From: Tubulanus polymorphus
Lineage: Eukaryota; Animalia; Nemertea
Assembly (NCBI RefSeq): GCF_964204645.1
Contig: NC_134034.1
Coordinates: forward strand, 10,924,962-10,988,961
Direction: 5' to 3'
DNA: 64,000 nucleotides
Shown one piece after another: positions 63,400 through 64,000 of the stretch. Within the stretch, counting starts at the first letter, position 1, and every line of letters starts with the position of its first letter. The notes beneath the pieces are model-generated. The model searched no databases and was not told the DNA's origin. It worked only from the letters and a program-made list of their open reading frames with translations. The position numbers and the translations under genes were made by a program.

Positions 63400-63808
63400 A
63401 GAGCTCGGAGAAGGACGGCAGAAAGAATCTCTGACACTTTCAGGATTCAAACTATCAATTGTCGGGGGTGGAGAGCTCAGAGAAGAACTGCAGAAAGAAA
63501 CTGTCACTGTCAGGATTCAAACTATCAAATGTCAGGGCTGGAGAGCTCAGAGAAGAACTACAGAAAGAATCTCCGTCACTGTTAGGATTCAAACTATCAA
63601 TTGTCGGGGCTGGAGAGCTCAGAGAAGAACTACAGAAAGAATCTCCGTCACTGTTAGGATTCAAACTATCAATTGTCGGGGCTGGAGAGCTCAGAGAATA
63701 ACTACAGAAAGAAACTCTGTCACTGTCAGGATTCAAACTATCAATTGTCTGGGCTGGAGAGCTCAAGGGTTGCAGAAAGAAACTGTGTTACTGTCAGGAT
63801 TCAAACTT
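63400..63808. repeat. ~70-72-bp minisatellite
   Basis: CAGGATTCAAACTATCAATTGTCGGGGCTGGAGAGCTCAGAGAAG, about 6 units. Confidence 0.92.
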
Positions 63809-64000
63809 GTAGCTATAGATCTAAGGCTGAGTGTGTTATTGATACAGCTAGACGGATGTAGTATGTGCGAGATAGTGTTCACAGAGAATGAGAGAAACTT
63901 GACAAACATCAATCCATATCAATCATTACAAACCAAAAACACAAGTGTCCGTGTCACTGGCAGCTCGTTCGCAGTCTCTCGCCGTAGATATCGCCGCGTT

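Overview
Intron-rich invertebrate (metazoan) nuclear DNA, not prokaryotic. From left to right it contains: a tandem cluster of three paralogous genes (two complete C2H2 zinc-finger/acidic-tail ORFs plus the 3' end of a third) interrupted by a ~5.1-kb foldback-type element built from inverted 30-bp arrays; a near-intact CR1-clade LINE; DDX23/PRP28 (+, 16 coding exons); BBS5 (-, 11 coding exons); and MMUT (+, 17 coding exons), head-to-head with BBS5. The last ~20 kb is repeat-dominated (MITEs, Penelope remnants, mini/microsatellites). The most striking signal is an intronless, TATA-preceded, non-histone ORF (27792-28121) nested antisense in BBS5 intron 7 and followed by three tandem histone-type 3' stem-loops, with no nearby AATAAA. 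Also notable: a duplicated alternative first coding exon of BBS5, minimal hammerhead ribozyme motifs in Penelope-like palindromes, a conserved unnamed C-terminal motif in the zinc-finger paralogs, and CTCF-consensus motifs kept intact inside decayed zinc-finger sequence. All exon coordinates and family assignments were read by eye; no searches were run.
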